Shown: one piece after another, positions 52,705-62,528 of the stretch | Numbering within the stretch: position 1 is the first letter of the stretch | Layout: every line of letters starts with the position of its first letter | Source: Hydrogenispora sp. | GTDB taxonomy: Bacteria > Bacillota > UBA4882 > UBA10575 | Reading direction: 5' to 3' | NCBI GenBank assembly: GCA_012837705.1 | Contig: DUQQ01000073.1 | Location: forward strand, 9,017 to 73,016 | Length of the DNA stretch: 64,000 nucleotides | Notes under the pieces: model-generated | Told to the model about the DNA's origin: nothing | The model's database searches: none | The model's input: only the letters and a program-made list of their open reading frames with translations | Made by a program: the position numbers and the translations under genes

Positions 52705-53063
52705 AGCCGGTCTTCCCCTCCCTCTTTCTGAATCTCGTTAAGGAGCGATAGGACTTTGGCCCCTTCTTCCAGCGAATTATCGAAGATGAAGTTAATCTCT
52801 GGTGTGTAGCGCAAACGGATCCTTTTCCCCAGTTCAGTGCGGATAAAACCCTTTGCGCTTTCCAACCCTTCCATTGTCGCCGCTTGCTGCTGTTTATCAC
52901 CAAAAACACTGACATAGATCTTCGCATGACTAATGTCCCGCGAAACCCGGACATTGGTAATCGACGCAAAACCAATCCTAGGGTCCTTGAGGTCTTTTTG
53001 CAGTATGGCACCGAGTTCTTCTTTGATCAATACCGCAAGGCGCTCCGCCCGATATTCGGACAT
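52701..53063 (-). CDS. rbfA: Ribosome-binding factor A
   Basis: 120 aa. RAERLAVLIKEELGAIL...DPRIGF.SITNVRVS.D...AKIYVS is the family pattern. Confidence 0.95.
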   Translation of the reverse strand: MSEYRAERLAVLIKEELGAILQKDLKDPRIGFASITNVRVSRDISHAKIYVSVFGDKQQQAATMEGLESAKGFIRTELGKRIRLRYTPEINFIFDNSLEEGAKVLSLLNEIQKEGGEDRL

Positions 53064-53076
53064 CTCTGACCCTCCT

Positions 53077-55581
53077 CTACTTTAGCGCATCATCTGAGTT
53101 CTTCTTAATCTCTTCATTGGTAAAGGCTTCAATGACATCACCCTCTTTAATATCATTGAACCTTTCCAGGCCGATTCCGCATTCAAAACCACTGACCACT
53201 TCGCGCACATCATCTTTGAACCGTTTCAAGCTATCGATTTTCCCTTCAAAGATCACTACATTATCGCGGAGCACGCGCGCTTCACTGTTCCGCGTGATCT
53301 TCCCTTCGGTAACGTACGAACCGGCCACGGTGCCCACTTTAGGCACCCTAAAGGTGGCCCTAACTTCGGCCCGTCCAAGCACTACTTCGCGGTATTCGGG
53401 TTCCAGCATTCCTTCCATGGCTTTTTTCACATCATCAACAATGTCGTAGATGATCCGGTACATACGAAGGTCGACTTCCTCCCGTTCGGCGACACGCTTG
53501 GCGATTGGGTCCGGACGGACGTTAAAGCCAACGATAATGGCCCCCGAAGCGGAAGCTAACATCACATCGCTCTCACTGATCCCGCCAACCCCGCCGTGAA
53601 TGACTTTCACGCGGACTTCTTCGTTGGAAAGACGCTCCAAAGAAGCCTGGATCGCTTCGACGGAACCCTGCACATCCGCCTTGAGGACGATATTTAAGTC
53701 CTTCATTTCGCCTTCTTTGATTCGGGCAAAAAGATCCTCGAGTTTAAACCGTTGTTCCCGTTTCAGAGTCTGCTCCCGCCGGAATTGCTGGCGCCGATCC
53801 GCCAGTTGTCGCGCGGTCTTTTCATCGGTCACATAGAAGATGTCGCCCGCTTCCGGCAGATCATCAAAACCAACCACTTCCACCGGTACCGAGGGACCAG
53901 CTTTCATCACATTTTTCCCTTTATCATTGACCAAAGCGCGGATCTTACCGGAGACCTCGCCGGCAATAATCGTATCCCCTTGTTTCAGGGTACCGTTTTG
54001 CACTAAAACCGTAGCCACCGGGCCGCGACCCTTATCCAGTTTCGCCTCGATCACAGTTCCCTTGGCTGGCCGGTCCGGATTGGCTTTCAACTCGCGCATC
54101 TCGGCCACCAGGAGAATCATCTCGAGGAGATCCTCAATACCCTGCTTTTTCAGAGCAGAGACTTCAACGCAGATCGTATCGCCGCCCCAATCTTCAGGAA
54201 CCAAGCCATACTGGGTCAGTTCCTGCTTTACCCGGTCGGGGTTGGCCACCGGTTTATCGATCTTATTGATCGCCACAATGATGGGCACATCAGCCGCTTT
54301 TCCGTGGTTGATCGCTTCCACCGTCTGCGGCATCACCCCGTCGTCCGCGGCCACGACCAGAATAGCGATGTCCGTCACTTGAGCACCCCGGGCCCGCATC
54401 GCGGTAAAAGCTTCGTGCCCTGGTGTATCTAAAAAGGTAATCTTTTTATCATTAATTTCTACTTGGTAAGCCCCAATATGCTGAGTAATACCCCCGGCTC
54501 CGGAAGCAATCACATTCGTCTGTCGAATCGCATCCAGAAGTGAGGTTTTACCGTGGTCGACATGGCCCATGATCGTCACCACTGGCCAACGGGGTTTAAG
54601 CGACTCGGGGCCATCTTCAATCTCTTCAATCAACAGTGTTTCTTCTTCGGTTGGTGCCGCTTCCACAGTCACATCAAACTCGGCTCCCACTAAAACAGCG
54701 GTGTCCAAGTCGATTTCTTGGTTTATGGAAGCCATCACGCCGAGTCCGATCAGTTTCTTAATGACTTCAGAAGCCGAGACCTCGATCGCCTGCGCAAACT
54801 CTTTCACCGTAATACTTTCGGGGATCTGTACGGATTTAACATTTGTGGTTGGGTGGGCAGGAACTGGTCTTTTGGCCGCCGGTCTCCGCCTACCTTGGGG
54901 TCCCTTGTTGAAATTACCCTTACCCTTAGCACGCCCTTTTTGCGGTTTCGTATCACTTCTTTTCCGACCTTCATCTTTACCAGCCGGAGAAGTTGTCCGC
55001 CCCCGCTGACCAGAAGGGGCTGCTGATTTCGCCGGTCTCCCGGTTCCACCAGTGGGTGCCGGGCGTCCGGTGCGTTCCCCACCTCTACTTTTGGTGGCAG
55101 AAACCCGCGTTCCACTTTTCCCTTCCGCCGCTTGGGGTTGGGATTTCGCTCCGGCCATCTGAGGTTTCACCGGTGTTGGCCGGCGCTGCTCGACAACGCT
55201 TTTTCCGGTGGCCGGTCCACTCCGCGGCGCGGCTACCTTCGGTTGCGGACGTTGCGGTGTTCTTGTTTGCCCGGCTGGTTTCTCCGCTGGTCTTACCGTC
55301 TGTTTCCCTTTTTCTGAAGCGGGAGCTACCGTTTTTTGCTCCGGTACCTTCTTCGTTTTTACCGCCGCTGAAGCCGTTGTTTCCTTCGGCTTCAGCGGTT
55401 CTTTCTTCGGCACAGACTTCCCTTCGGGGTTGAAAGAAGTACGCACCTTTGCGATATATTCTTCCTCCACTGTACTCATATGATTTTTAACACTGGCGCC
55501 CATTTCGTTAAGGATTATTAATAGATCCTTACTTTGAATCCCTAGTTCCTTACTAAGTTCATAAACACGCATTTTGGCCAT
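53077..55581 (-). CDS. infB: Translation initiation factor IF-2
   Basis: [15 protein letters not shown]-terminus, a basic/Pro-rich linker and a G domain ([21 protein letters not shown]). 834 aa. Confidence 0.97.
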   Translation of the reverse strand: MAKMRVYELSKELGIQSKDLLIILNEMGASVKNHMSTVEEEYIAKVRTSFNPEGKSVPKKEPLKPKETTASAAVKTKKVPEQKTVAPASEKGKQTVRPAEKPAGQTRTPQRPQPKVAAPRSGPATGKSVVEQRRPTPVKPQMAGAKSQPQAAEGKSGTRVSATKSRGGERTGRPAPTGGTGRPAKSAAPSGQRGRTTSPAGKDEGRKRSDTKPQKGRAKGKGNFNKGPQGRRRPAAKRPVPAHPTTNVKSVQIPESITVKEFAQAIEVSASEVIKKLIGLGVMASINQEIDLDTAVLVGAEFDVTVEAAPTEEETLLIEEIEDGPESLKPRWPVVTIMGHVDHGKTSLLDAIRQTNVIASGAGGITQHIGAYQVEINDKKITFLDTPGHEAFTAMRARGAQVTDIAILVVAADDGVMPQTVEAINHGKAADVPIIVAINKIDKPVANPDRVKQELTQYGLVPEDWGGDTICVEVSALKKQGIEDLLEMILLVAEMRELKANPDRPAKGTVIEAKLDKGRGPVATVLVQNGTLKQGDTIIAGEVSGKIRALVNDKGKNVMKAGPSVPVEVVGFDDLPEAGDIFYVTDEKTARQLADRRQQFRREQTLKREQRFKLEDLFARIKEGEMKDLNIVLKADVQGSVEAIQASLERLSNEEVRVKVIHGGVGGISESDVMLASASGAIIVGFNVRPDPIAKRVAEREEVDLRMYRIIYDIVDDVKKAMEGMLEPEYREVVLGRAEVRATFRVPKVGTVAGSYVTEGKITRNSEARVLRDNVVIFEGKIDSLKRFKDDVREVVSGFECGIGLERFNDIKEGDVIEAFTNEEIKKNSDDALK

Positions 55582-55595
55582 AAAACCACCTCCGA

Positions 55596-55907
55596 TTATT
55601 CCATTCGGGCTGTAAGCAACTGCTTTTCAATGGCCTTCGCCATCTCCGGCGTAAGGACACCAACTACAGCCAGGGTCTTCTTCCCTAAAGCCCGCCCCAA
55701 TTCTTCCTGTTTCGCAGCACAGTACAGACGAATATGATACATACGGCAGAGCCGTTCGATCTTCTCTTTTGTGTGCGGAGATGTGTCGGTCGCGAGGAGA
55801 ACAAGGGTTAATTTTCCGCCCTTCGCCGCCTGAGCGGTAGCGGTAAAACCAAGGGTTAACTTCCCGGCTTTCCGCACAATTCCGAGGAAATTAAGGAGCT
55901 TCGTCAC
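55596..55907 (-). CDS. ylxQ: L7Ae-family RNA-binding protein YlxQ
   Basis: 103 aa with [12 protein letters not shown], in the canonical slot between ylxR and infB. Confidence 0.8.
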   Translation of the reverse strand: MTKLLNFLGIVRKAGKLTLGFTATAQAAKGGKLTLVLLATDTSPHTKEKIERLCRMYHIRLYCAAKQEELGRALGKKTLAVVGVLTPEMAKAIEKQLLTARME

Positions 55908-56184
55908 GAACGATCCCCGCCATTAGTTCCGTTTTCAGTTTCTCCTTCAACGCGGCGTCAATTCCAACTTCCAATTTGTTCGCCAACAAGTTGCCTTTTA
56001 AGGCCTTTTCCAGACAAGACGAAGAGGGACAGATATAACAACCTCGGCCCGATTTTTTACCAGTAAAATCGACCAACACTTCTCGCTCTGGCGTTCTCAC
56101 AATCCGGATGAGCTCTCTTTTATCGCGCACCTCATTACAGCCAATACAAGTCCGTTGTGGTATTTTCCGTTTCCGTGCCGCCAT
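55891..56184 (-). CDS. ylxR: YlxR/RnpM (DUF448) RNA-binding protein
   Basis: PQRTCIGC...R.PKRELIRIVR...GRG.YIC pattern. ATG 56184 has GGGGGAG upstream. Confidence 0.85.
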   Translation of the reverse strand: MAARKRKIPQRTCIGCNEVRDKRELIRIVRTPEREVLVDFTGKKSGRGCYICPSSSCLEKALKGNLLANKLEVGIDAALKEKLKTELMAGIVRDEAP

Positions 56185-56209
56185 CACTTCTCCCCCCCGC
56201 TTCGTCTCC

Positions 56210-57763
56210 TTACTTCTTTTTTTTCTCCTCTTCATTCAGACTGAATTTCTTCTTTAACTCTTCGGAAAGGAGTTGCCCGATGGTAAACCCAGAACCGCTC
56301 TCTTCGGTGAAAACAAGCTCGGTATCATCTTCAATCGCTACTTCCGGTTCTGAATCCTGACTAGCATCGATAAAGAGATCGATTCCTTCTTCTACTTCAT
56401 CAATTAATTCTTTGACCCGCTGCTTCGCCCGTTTCTTCGTCTTCTTCTTCTTGGGTTCTTCGTGGATAAAGACCTCTTCCGACCCCTCTACCTCCGCCGG
56501 AGGAAGATCCGGATCCTCTTCGAAATCCGTTTCCGCCCATGATTCATCTTCCTCATCCCAAGACTCATCCGTTTCATCCCATGAATCATCGGGTTGATCT
56601 TCCACCTCCAGGTCTTCCCCGGCTAGTTCGGTTAGCTCCTCTCCGCTGCCAAGCACATCTTCCCAATCGTATGTTTCTTCTTCGTAGGTTTCTTCCTCCG
56701 CCAGTAAAGCGGCAATCTCTTCCTTGCTCTCTTCGGCTTGCGTTTCGCTTTTAATATCAACCTTCCAACCGGTTAACCGGGCTGCCAAACGGGCATTTTG
56801 GCCCTCTTTCCCGATGGCAAGGGACAACTGGTTATCAGGAACGATCACAATCGAACTTTTCTTACTGGTGAGCAATTTTACTTCCGTAACTTTGGCCGGA
56901 CTGAGCGCCCTGGTAATATAGCGCGCCGGATCCTCATCCCACAAAATTAGGTCGATTTTTTCGCCTTTGAGCTCCCGGACCACCATCTGGACACGGGACC
57001 CTTTCGCACCAACACAAGCACCGACCGGATCCACGTTCTCGAATTTACTGTAAACCGCCACTTTTGAACGGGCACCCGGTTCCCGGGCGACATTTTTAAT
57101 CTCGACGATTCCTTCCTGGATCTCGGGAACTTCAAATTCGAGCAGTCGTTTCAGAAAGCCACTACGCGCCCGCGAAAGGATGATCTGGGGTCCTTTCGAA
57201 CCTTTCTTCACTTCCGCGAGATATGCTTTAATCCGCGCACCGTGCTCAAAACGTTCACCAGGGATCTGCTCATGGGGCGGGAGAATAGCTTCGGTTTTAC
57301 CCAAATCCACATAGACCGTTCTTTGTTCAAAACGGCGCACCGTTCCAGTGATTAGATCATCCACCCGAGAAGAATATTCATTGTAGATCAAGGTCCGCTC
57401 AGCTTCGCGGATCCTTTGGACAATAATCTGTTTCGCGGTCTGCGCGGCAATCCGACCAAATTCCTTCGGATAGATTTCAAACTCCACCTGATCTTCCAAC
57501 TGGTAACTGGGGTCGATCGCTTTGGCCTCTGCTAAATTAATCTGCGTATTCTCATCTTCCACTTCCATTACGACTTCTTTATAGATGTATATATGGAATT
57601 CACCGGTTTCTGGGTCCAAAACCACCTTTAGGTTATTGTTTTTTCCCTGGTCTTTTTTATAAGCCGATAAAATAGCGGACTCAATCGCGTCGATCAAAAT
57701 TTCCTTCGCGATTCCCTTTTCCTTTTCAACCATATTTAATGCTTCTATCAACTCTCGGTTCAT
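56210..57763 (-). CDS. nusA: Transcription termination/antitermination factor NusA with an unusually long acidic C-terminal extension
   Basis: NTD, S1 and KH1-KH2 run up to GWKVDIKSE. A tail of about 177 aa follows that is rich in D/E, with DSW(D/A)E repeats and a lysine patch. Confidence 0.95.
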   Translation of the reverse strand: MNRELIEALNMVEKEKGIAKEILIDAIESAILSAYKKDQGKNNNLKVVLDPETGEFHIYIYKEVVMEVEDENTQINLAEAKAIDPSYQLEDQVEFEIYPKEFGRIAAQTAKQIIVQRIREAERTLIYNEYSSRVDDLITGTVRRFEQRTVYVDLGKTEAILPPHEQIPGERFEHGARIKAYLAEVKKGSKGPQIILSRARSGFLKRLLEFEVPEIQEGIVEIKNVAREPGARSKVAVYSKFENVDPVGACVGAKGSRVQMVVRELKGEKIDLILWDEDPARYITRALSPAKVTEVKLLTSKKSSIVIVPDNQLSLAIGKEGQNARLAARLTGWKVDIKSETQAEESKEEIAALLAEEETYEEETYDWEDVLGSGEELTELAGEDLEVEDQPDDSWDETDESWDEEDESWAETDFEEDPDLPPAEVEGSEEVFIHEEPKKKKTKKRAKQRVKELIDEVEEGIDLFIDASQDSEPEVAIEDDTELVFTEESGSGFTIGQLLSEELKKKFSLNEEEKKKK

Positions 57764-57788
57764 CCGAATATCCTCCCTTAACTCGTCC

Positions 57789-58256
57789 TCAATCTATAAC
57801 CTGTAAACGAGCTTTCGAAATCAATTCCCAGGGTATATCTAAAGTCTCGCCGTTAACTTCGACCTGAACATGGCTTTCGGGCTGATCAGACCAGCCTTTA
57901 AGACGGCCCCTAAGTTTTCTTTTTCCCTGTACGGGTGCAAAAAGCCGGATTTCCACACCTTGACCGGCAAAGCGCTGAAAATGTTCGGGTTTCGTCAAAG
58001 GCCGCTCTAAACCGGGAGAAGATACTTCTAACAGATAAGCGGTGGGAATTGGATCCTCCTCGTCCAAGACTGCACTTAGCCGTTTGCTGAAAACCTCACA
58101 GTCCTTCACACCAATCCCTTCGGGACGATCAATGAACACCCTAAGGAGCCGTTGTGCTCCTTCTCGCGTCAACGCCACTTCCACCACTTCATAATTTAGT
58201 TCGGCACCGACTTCTTCCGCTAGTTTCCAAAGGATGTTTTTTAATCCTTGACCCAT
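57789..58256 (-). CDS. rimP: Ribosome maturation factor RimP
   Basis: LLRVFIDRPEGIGVKDCE...YLLEVSSPGLERPL pattern. ATG 58256 has AAGGAG upstream. The longer track ORF would include the leader hairpin. Confidence 0.9.
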   Translation of the reverse strand: MGQGLKNILWKLAEEVGAELNYEVVEVALTREGAQRLLRVFIDRPEGIGVKDCEVFSKRLSAVLDEEDPIPTAYLLEVSSPGLERPLTKPEHFQRFAGQGVEIRLFAPVQGKRKLRGRLKGWSDQPESHVQVEVNGETLDIPWELISKARLQVID

Positions 58257-58293
58257 ATGTACGCTCCTTTTTCCCAAATAATTATGGACACAA

Positions 58294-58320
58294 GACAAAA
58301 AGTGGGTTGAAAACCCACTC
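58294..58320 (-). terminator. Intrinsic terminator hairpin in the rimP-nusA leader (or HPr terminator)
   Basis: Minus strand AGTGGGTT-TTC-AACCCACT followed by TTTTTGTCTT, about 40 nt upstream of the rimP ATG. Confidence 0.65.
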
Positions 58321-58348
58321 CTTTGCCATTACATCATCGAATAATTAA

Positions 58349-58377
58349 AGTTTACCACAGTTCCAACCCTTTGACAA
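58349..58377 (-). promoter_or_regulatory. Candidate sigma-A promoter of the rimP-nusA-infB operon
   Basis: The minus strand reads TTGTCA-N17-TAAACT with an extended -10 TG (TGGTAAACT). It lies upstream of the leader hairpin. Confidence 0.45.
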
Positions 58378-58443
58378 GGCTAAGCAGAGAATTGATCGTG
58401 CCAAGAGACGCCTTTTTCTTTCTGTTCGCTGCTCGTCGGTGCC

Positions 58444-58704
58444 CTACCCCTCCAAACAATTAATGAATTCGATAATCTTTTTAAGGCTCTCCTCTTCATC
58501 GGGACCGTCGGCGATGATGGTTACCTCATCTCCTTTTGCCACCCCCAAGCTTAAAACCCCCAGCATACTTTGGAGATTTACCTCTTTATCGCCTTTTCTG
58601 ATGCGCAGCGTACAGGGGTAAGCGGAGGCTTCCTTCACGAGATTTGATGCCGGTCTGGCGTGCAGACCGGTTTCATTCTTTATGATCACTTTCTCCGCAA
58701 CCAT
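58444..58704 (-). CDS. ptsH: Phosphocarrier protein HPr
   Basis: His15 context GLHARPA and Ser46 context NLQSMLGVLSLG. 86 aa. Confidence 0.9.
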   Translation of the reverse strand: MVAEKVIIKNETGLHARPASNLVKEASAYPCTLRIRKGDKEVNLQSMLGVLSLGVAKGDEVTIIADGPDEEESLKKIIEFINCLEG

Positions 58705-58722
58705 CTGATTGCCTCCTTTTTT

Positions 58723-59415
58723 TTAATTCCGCTTATTTTGATTCCGTTCCTCTTCCTCCGGAATGGCCTTCCAATTCCGTTCGAACTCCTCCACACTTCT
58801 TTGGGTCAATGGATGGAAGAGCATTTTCCAGTACAATTCCGGGCTGATCGTTACAGCGTCAGCTCCGGAAAGACACACCCGGTGAACTTGTTCGATATTT
58901 CGAAAGCTAGCCGCTAAAATCCGCGTTTTTAACGAGTATTCCGTAAAAATCTGCTTGATCTCCCTCACCACTCTGCTCCCGTCCACCACCAGGTCATCTA
59001 GGCGGTTTACATACGGGGCAACAAAATCCGCCCCGGCCTTGGCGGCGACCAAGGCTTGTTGTGGGGTAAAAACGGCAGTGGCGGTTATCCGTGTACCTTG
59101 TTGAGCCAAAATAGCCATCGCCTTGATTCCTTCCGGAGTTACCGGAATTTTGATATAAACATCCCTTCCGAATTGTTCTTTAATGGTCTCCGCCTCCGCC
59201 ACAATCCCGTCGACAGTGGCTGTCGTCACTTGAATATGGAGCATGCCTGAGCTGTCTATTAAACTCCGGATCTGCCGGAGTAACTCGGGAATTTCGCTCT
59301 TCACGGAGCACGCCCTGCTGATTATCGTCGGATTGGTTGTCACCCCGTCGATGGGATGGCCAGGAATAATCGCCCTTAAAGCTATAAGATCGGCCGAGTC
59401 CAAGAGGATTAACAT
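58723..59415 (-). CDS. Transaldolase-family protein (TalC / fructose-6-phosphate aldolase subfamily)
   Basis: GVTTNPTII and the Schiff-base lysine context VYIKIPVT, about 230 aa. ATG 59415 has AAGGAG 8 nt upstream. Confidence 0.85.
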   Translation of the reverse strand: MLILLDSADLIALRAIIPGHPIDGVTTNPTIISRACSVKSEIPELLRQIRSLIDSSGMLHIQVTTATVDGIVAEAETIKEQFGRDVYIKIPVTPEGIKAMAILAQQGTRITATAVFTPQQALVAAKAGADFVAPYVNRLDDLVVDGSRVVREIKQIFTEYSLKTRILAASFRNIEQVHRVCLSGADAVTISPELYWKMLFHPLTQRSVEEFERNWKAIPEEEERNQNKRN

Positions 59416-59523
59416 CGCATCCACTCCTTTAGATTAACTCCGATCGTAAGTGTTTACATAAGACGCCTATCCCCGTTTCAACACCGGCTTGTCCTGACGG
59501 AAGGAATTTCTTTTCCGCTTTTC

Positions 59524-60405
59524 TTAAGCAAAATCACGCTTACCAATAGAAGATGAAAACTCTACATCCTCCGCTAAATACCGCTTGATTACTCGCACCA
59601 CTCCGTTGGCGTCGTTATCCGGGGCCACGAAGCGGGCCGCCTTCTTCACGTCTGCCGGTGCATTAGCCATGGCAAAGCTGTATGCGGCTTGTTGAAAAAG
59701 TTCCAGATCGTTATAGTAGTCGCCGAAGACCAGGGTATTCTCCGGACCAATTCCAAACCTTTCCTGGATCTTAGCCAGCGCCCAGCCTTTGCTGATATTT
59801 CTGCCCATCATTTCCAGCCACACCTCACCAGCGGCCACACACTCAAAAGTTTCCCGAAAGGCCTCTTTCACCTTGCGAACGGTGGTTGCGGTCAGCCCAC
59901 CTTTTTGAAAGAGACCAATCTTTTTGATCCCCTCTTTGACGGTAAACAGTGACGGGATCTCAACAAAATCCACATCGTGCCGGATTAAATTCGCTTTAAA
60001 GTCAGCCGACGGCCGCATTACATAAGCGGTATTCTTCGCTGCCAGATATACCTCGGCTTCCAAGTTCATCGCAAACAACTGCTGCAAAGTGGAGATTACC
60101 AGTTTATGCTCAATGTTTCGCTCAAAAATGGGTTGCTCAGAGTCACTATGTTGAACAACCGCGCCATTATGGGCAACCAGAAGCAAACCGCTTTCTATCC
60201 GCTGAAAGTTCCGGACCAGGGTCGCATAGAACCGGCCACTGCAGACAACAAACATAATGTTTCTCCGTTCCAACTCCGCAAAGAGCCCAAAAAAAGACTC
60301 ATCAATCTGGCCTCGACTGTTTAGTAAAGTACCGTCCATGTCTGTGGCAATTAATTTAATCTCCGGTTTACACGGACGGCTACGGCTAACGTCAGTGCAA
60401 GGCAT
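59524..60405 (-). CDS. Cof-type HAD-IIB sugar-phosphate phosphatase
   Basis: IATDMDGTLL motif I, SGR motif II and a GDYYND-type motif IV (FGDYYNDLELF). ATG 60405 has GGAGGAGG 6 nt upstream. It overlaps the tkt C-subunit stop by 14 nt. Confidence 0.8.
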   Translation of the reverse strand: MPCTDVSRSRPCKPEIKLIATDMDGTLLNSRGQIDESFFGLFAELERRNIMFVVCSGRFYATLVRNFQRIESGLLLVAHNGAVVQHSDSEQPIFERNIEHKLVISTLQQLFAMNLEAEVYLAAKNTAYVMRPSADFKANLIRHDVDFVEIPSLFTVKEGIKKIGLFQKGGLTATTVRKVKEAFRETFECVAAGEVWLEMMGRNISKGWALAKIQERFGIGPENTLVFGDYYNDLELFQQAAYSFAMANAPADVKKAARFVAPDNDANGVVRVIKRYLAEDVEFSSSIGKRDFA

Positions 60406-61318
60406 GGAAGACCTCCTCCACGACACTGTTCGGTGTTAAGCCATACTTTTCATATAATTCGGCCGGCGTTCCCGATTCGCCAAATGTATCCCGGACGGCA
60501 ACCCCCCGTACTGGCACCAGTCCGGCCACTACTTCACAGACTGCGCTGTAAAGACCGCCGCAGAGAAAATGGTCCTCCGCAGTAACGATGGCTTTTGTTT
60601 CTTGCGCCGCTTGTCTGATCGCCGCCTGGTCGAGGGGTTTAATGGTCGGCATATCAATAACCCGAGCTTGAATCCCCTTTTCGGCCAAAATTTGCGCGGC
60701 CTCATAAATTACTCCCACCATGGAGCCGTGGGCGATCAAGGTAACATCCGTCCCTTCCCTTAATACATAGGCCTTTCCAATCTCAAATTCCATCTCTTCT
60801 CGGAAGAAAACCGGACATTCCATCCGGCCGATTCGGAGATAAACCGGGCCTTCATGTTCGACTGCTTTGAGCACGGCCTTTCTTGTCTGGACCTGATCGG
60901 AAGGGGCCAAAACCGTCATGTTGGGTAGCACGCGCATCAACGCAAGATCATCCAGGCTTTGATGCGTTGCTCCATCCACCCCAACGGCCAATCCGGGATG
61001 GGTGGAGGCAATCTTCACATTTAGGTTGGTGTAGGCGATGGACTGCCTAATCTGGTCATAGCACCGGCCTGGCGCAAAGCAAGCAAAAGTGCTCATGACC
61101 GGGATGAAGCCTACCCGGGCTAGACCGGCCGCCACCCCCACCATGTTCTGTTCACTGATCCCCACATTAATAAATCTGTCGCCAAATTCCGCCCGAAACT
61201 TATCCGTTTTTGTCGCGGCGGACAGGTCGGCGTTCACCACAAAAAGCCGCTCATTTACTTTCCCGATCTCCACCAGCGTCGACCCGAAGATGTCCCGGGG
61301 TGCCACTAATTCATACAT
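60392..61318 (-). CDS. Transketolase, C-terminal (pyrimidine-binding) subunit
   Basis: 308 aa with the Transket_pyr plus C-terminal domain pattern (GISEQNMVGVAAGLA). 13-nt overlap with the N-subunit gene. Confidence 0.9.
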   Translation of the reverse strand: MYELVAPRDIFGSTLVEIGKVNERLFVVNADLSAATKTDKFRAEFGDRFINVGISEQNMVGVAAGLARVGFIPVMSTFACFAPGRCYDQIRQSIAYTNLNVKIASTHPGLAVGVDGATHQSLDDLALMRVLPNMTVLAPSDQVQTRKAVLKAVEHEGPVYLRIGRMECPVFFREEMEFEIGKAYVLREGTDVTLIAHGSMVGVIYEAAQILAEKGIQARVIDMPTIKPLDQAAIRQAAQETKAIVTAEDHFLCGGLYSAVCEVVAGLVPVRGVAVRDTFGESGTPAELYEKYGLTPNSVVEEVFHALH

Positions 61319-62145
61319 AAGGATGCCTCCTCTTCCTTAAGCTCGGCCAAAGCCGCTTCATACTCAGCCGCGCTGAGCTTCTTGGCATGCCAAGCGATTT
61401 CGTTTTCCATAAAGGAGATCCCCTTGCCCTTCACTGTACTGGCGATTATCACATTAGCCCGGCCTGGCTGCACTTCCTTGAAGGCCTGGTCAATTTGGAG
61501 AAAATCATGACCGTCCACACCAATGGCATGAAACCCGAAAGCACGAAACCGTTCCAGGTAATTTTCATCCCCGGACACATTACGGACATAATCATCCAGT
61601 TGCAAACGGTTTTGGTCGATAATCAGGATTAAATTATCCAGACACAAGCGACTTTGAAGAATAATCGCCTCCCAAATCTGGCCCTCCTGTAATTCACCAT
61701 CGCCCACCATTACATAGACCAGATTCGGCAGACCTCTTTTTTTATAACCAAGGGCCATCCCTAAACCAAAGGAAAGTCCCTGCCCTAACGAGCCCGAACT
61801 ACACTCGATTCCGGGAGCGCTATCCATCTGGGTATGCCCCTGTAATCGCGAATTAATCCGACGATAGGTCTTCAGTTCATCAACAGAGAAGAAGCCCCGC
61901 CGTGCCAAAACACTGTAGTACCCAAGGGAGGCGTGGCCTTTACTAAGAATAAAAACATCTCTCTCTTCAGCCCAGGGGTGTTGCGGGTCAATCCTCATCC
62001 GGAAAAAATACAGATAAACCAGTAATTCCACGGCGGAAAAAGACCCCCCCAGATGTCCGGAGCCAACCAGTTTTTGGATGTTAATACAGTCCATTCTAAC
62101 CTGGAGGGCTGCTTTCTTCAATTTCGCCACTGTACTTTCATTCAT
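61306..62145 (-). CDS. Transketolase, N-terminal (TPP-binding) subunit
   Basis: GHLGGSFS, SKGHA and GDGELQEG (TPP/Mg motif). ATG 62145 has GGGAGGG 6 nt upstream. Confidence 0.9.
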   Translation of the reverse strand: MNESTVAKLKKAALQVRMDCINIQKLVGSGHLGGSFSAVELLVYLYFFRMRIDPQHPWAEERDVFILSKGHASLGYYSVLARRGFFSVDELKTYRRINSRLQGHTQMDSAPGIECSSGSLGQGLSFGLGMALGYKKRGLPNLVYVMVGDGELQEGQIWEAIILQSRLCLDNLILIIDQNRLQLDDYVRNVSGDENYLERFRAFGFHAIGVDGHDFLQIDQAFKEVQPGRANVIIASTVKGKGISFMENEIAWHAKKLSAAEYEAALAELKEEEASLCMN

Positions 62146-62468
62146 TACGTTCCCTCCCATTTCGTCGTTTGCACACCTTCCTCTCGGTGTGCAGCTCCCC
62201 GCTTTCACCCATCTTCATCTTTTCTCAGCTCAAACCAAGCAAAGATCTTACCTATCCGCAAATGGTCTCCTTGACCGCTGCTGATCGCAATTATCCCCTA
62301 CCATGCTAATCTATGGCCCACACACCACATCACACTTGAACACAGCTTATTACCCATCGATAACGGGCATCACATCTTTAGCCAGAGAAGGTATCACCAA
62401 ACACTATACAGCCGTCCAATAACAAAGTATTCTGCACCAACGCCGCCGGTATTTACATGTTATTACCG

Positions 62469-62518
62469 GGGTAGGCCTTCCCTGCCCATCCCGGAAGGCT
62501 GGCTAAGAAGACCTACCC
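62469..62518 (-). other. Long GC-rich hairpin directly after the PTS IIC stop
   Basis: Minus strand GGGTAGGTCTTC...GAAGGCCTACCC, a 12-bp stem including one G-U pair, with a 26-nt internal loop that can itself pair (CCTTCC/GGAAGG). There is no adjacent U-run. Confidence 0.4.
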
Positions 62519-62528
62519 GTCCCTTAAT

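Noticed and set aside
62053-62284. Plus-strand ORFs of 73 and 68 aa across the transketolase start and spacer.
   Set aside because: They are antisense to the tkt N-terminus and leader, have no SD, and are hydrophobic or Ser-rich shadow products.
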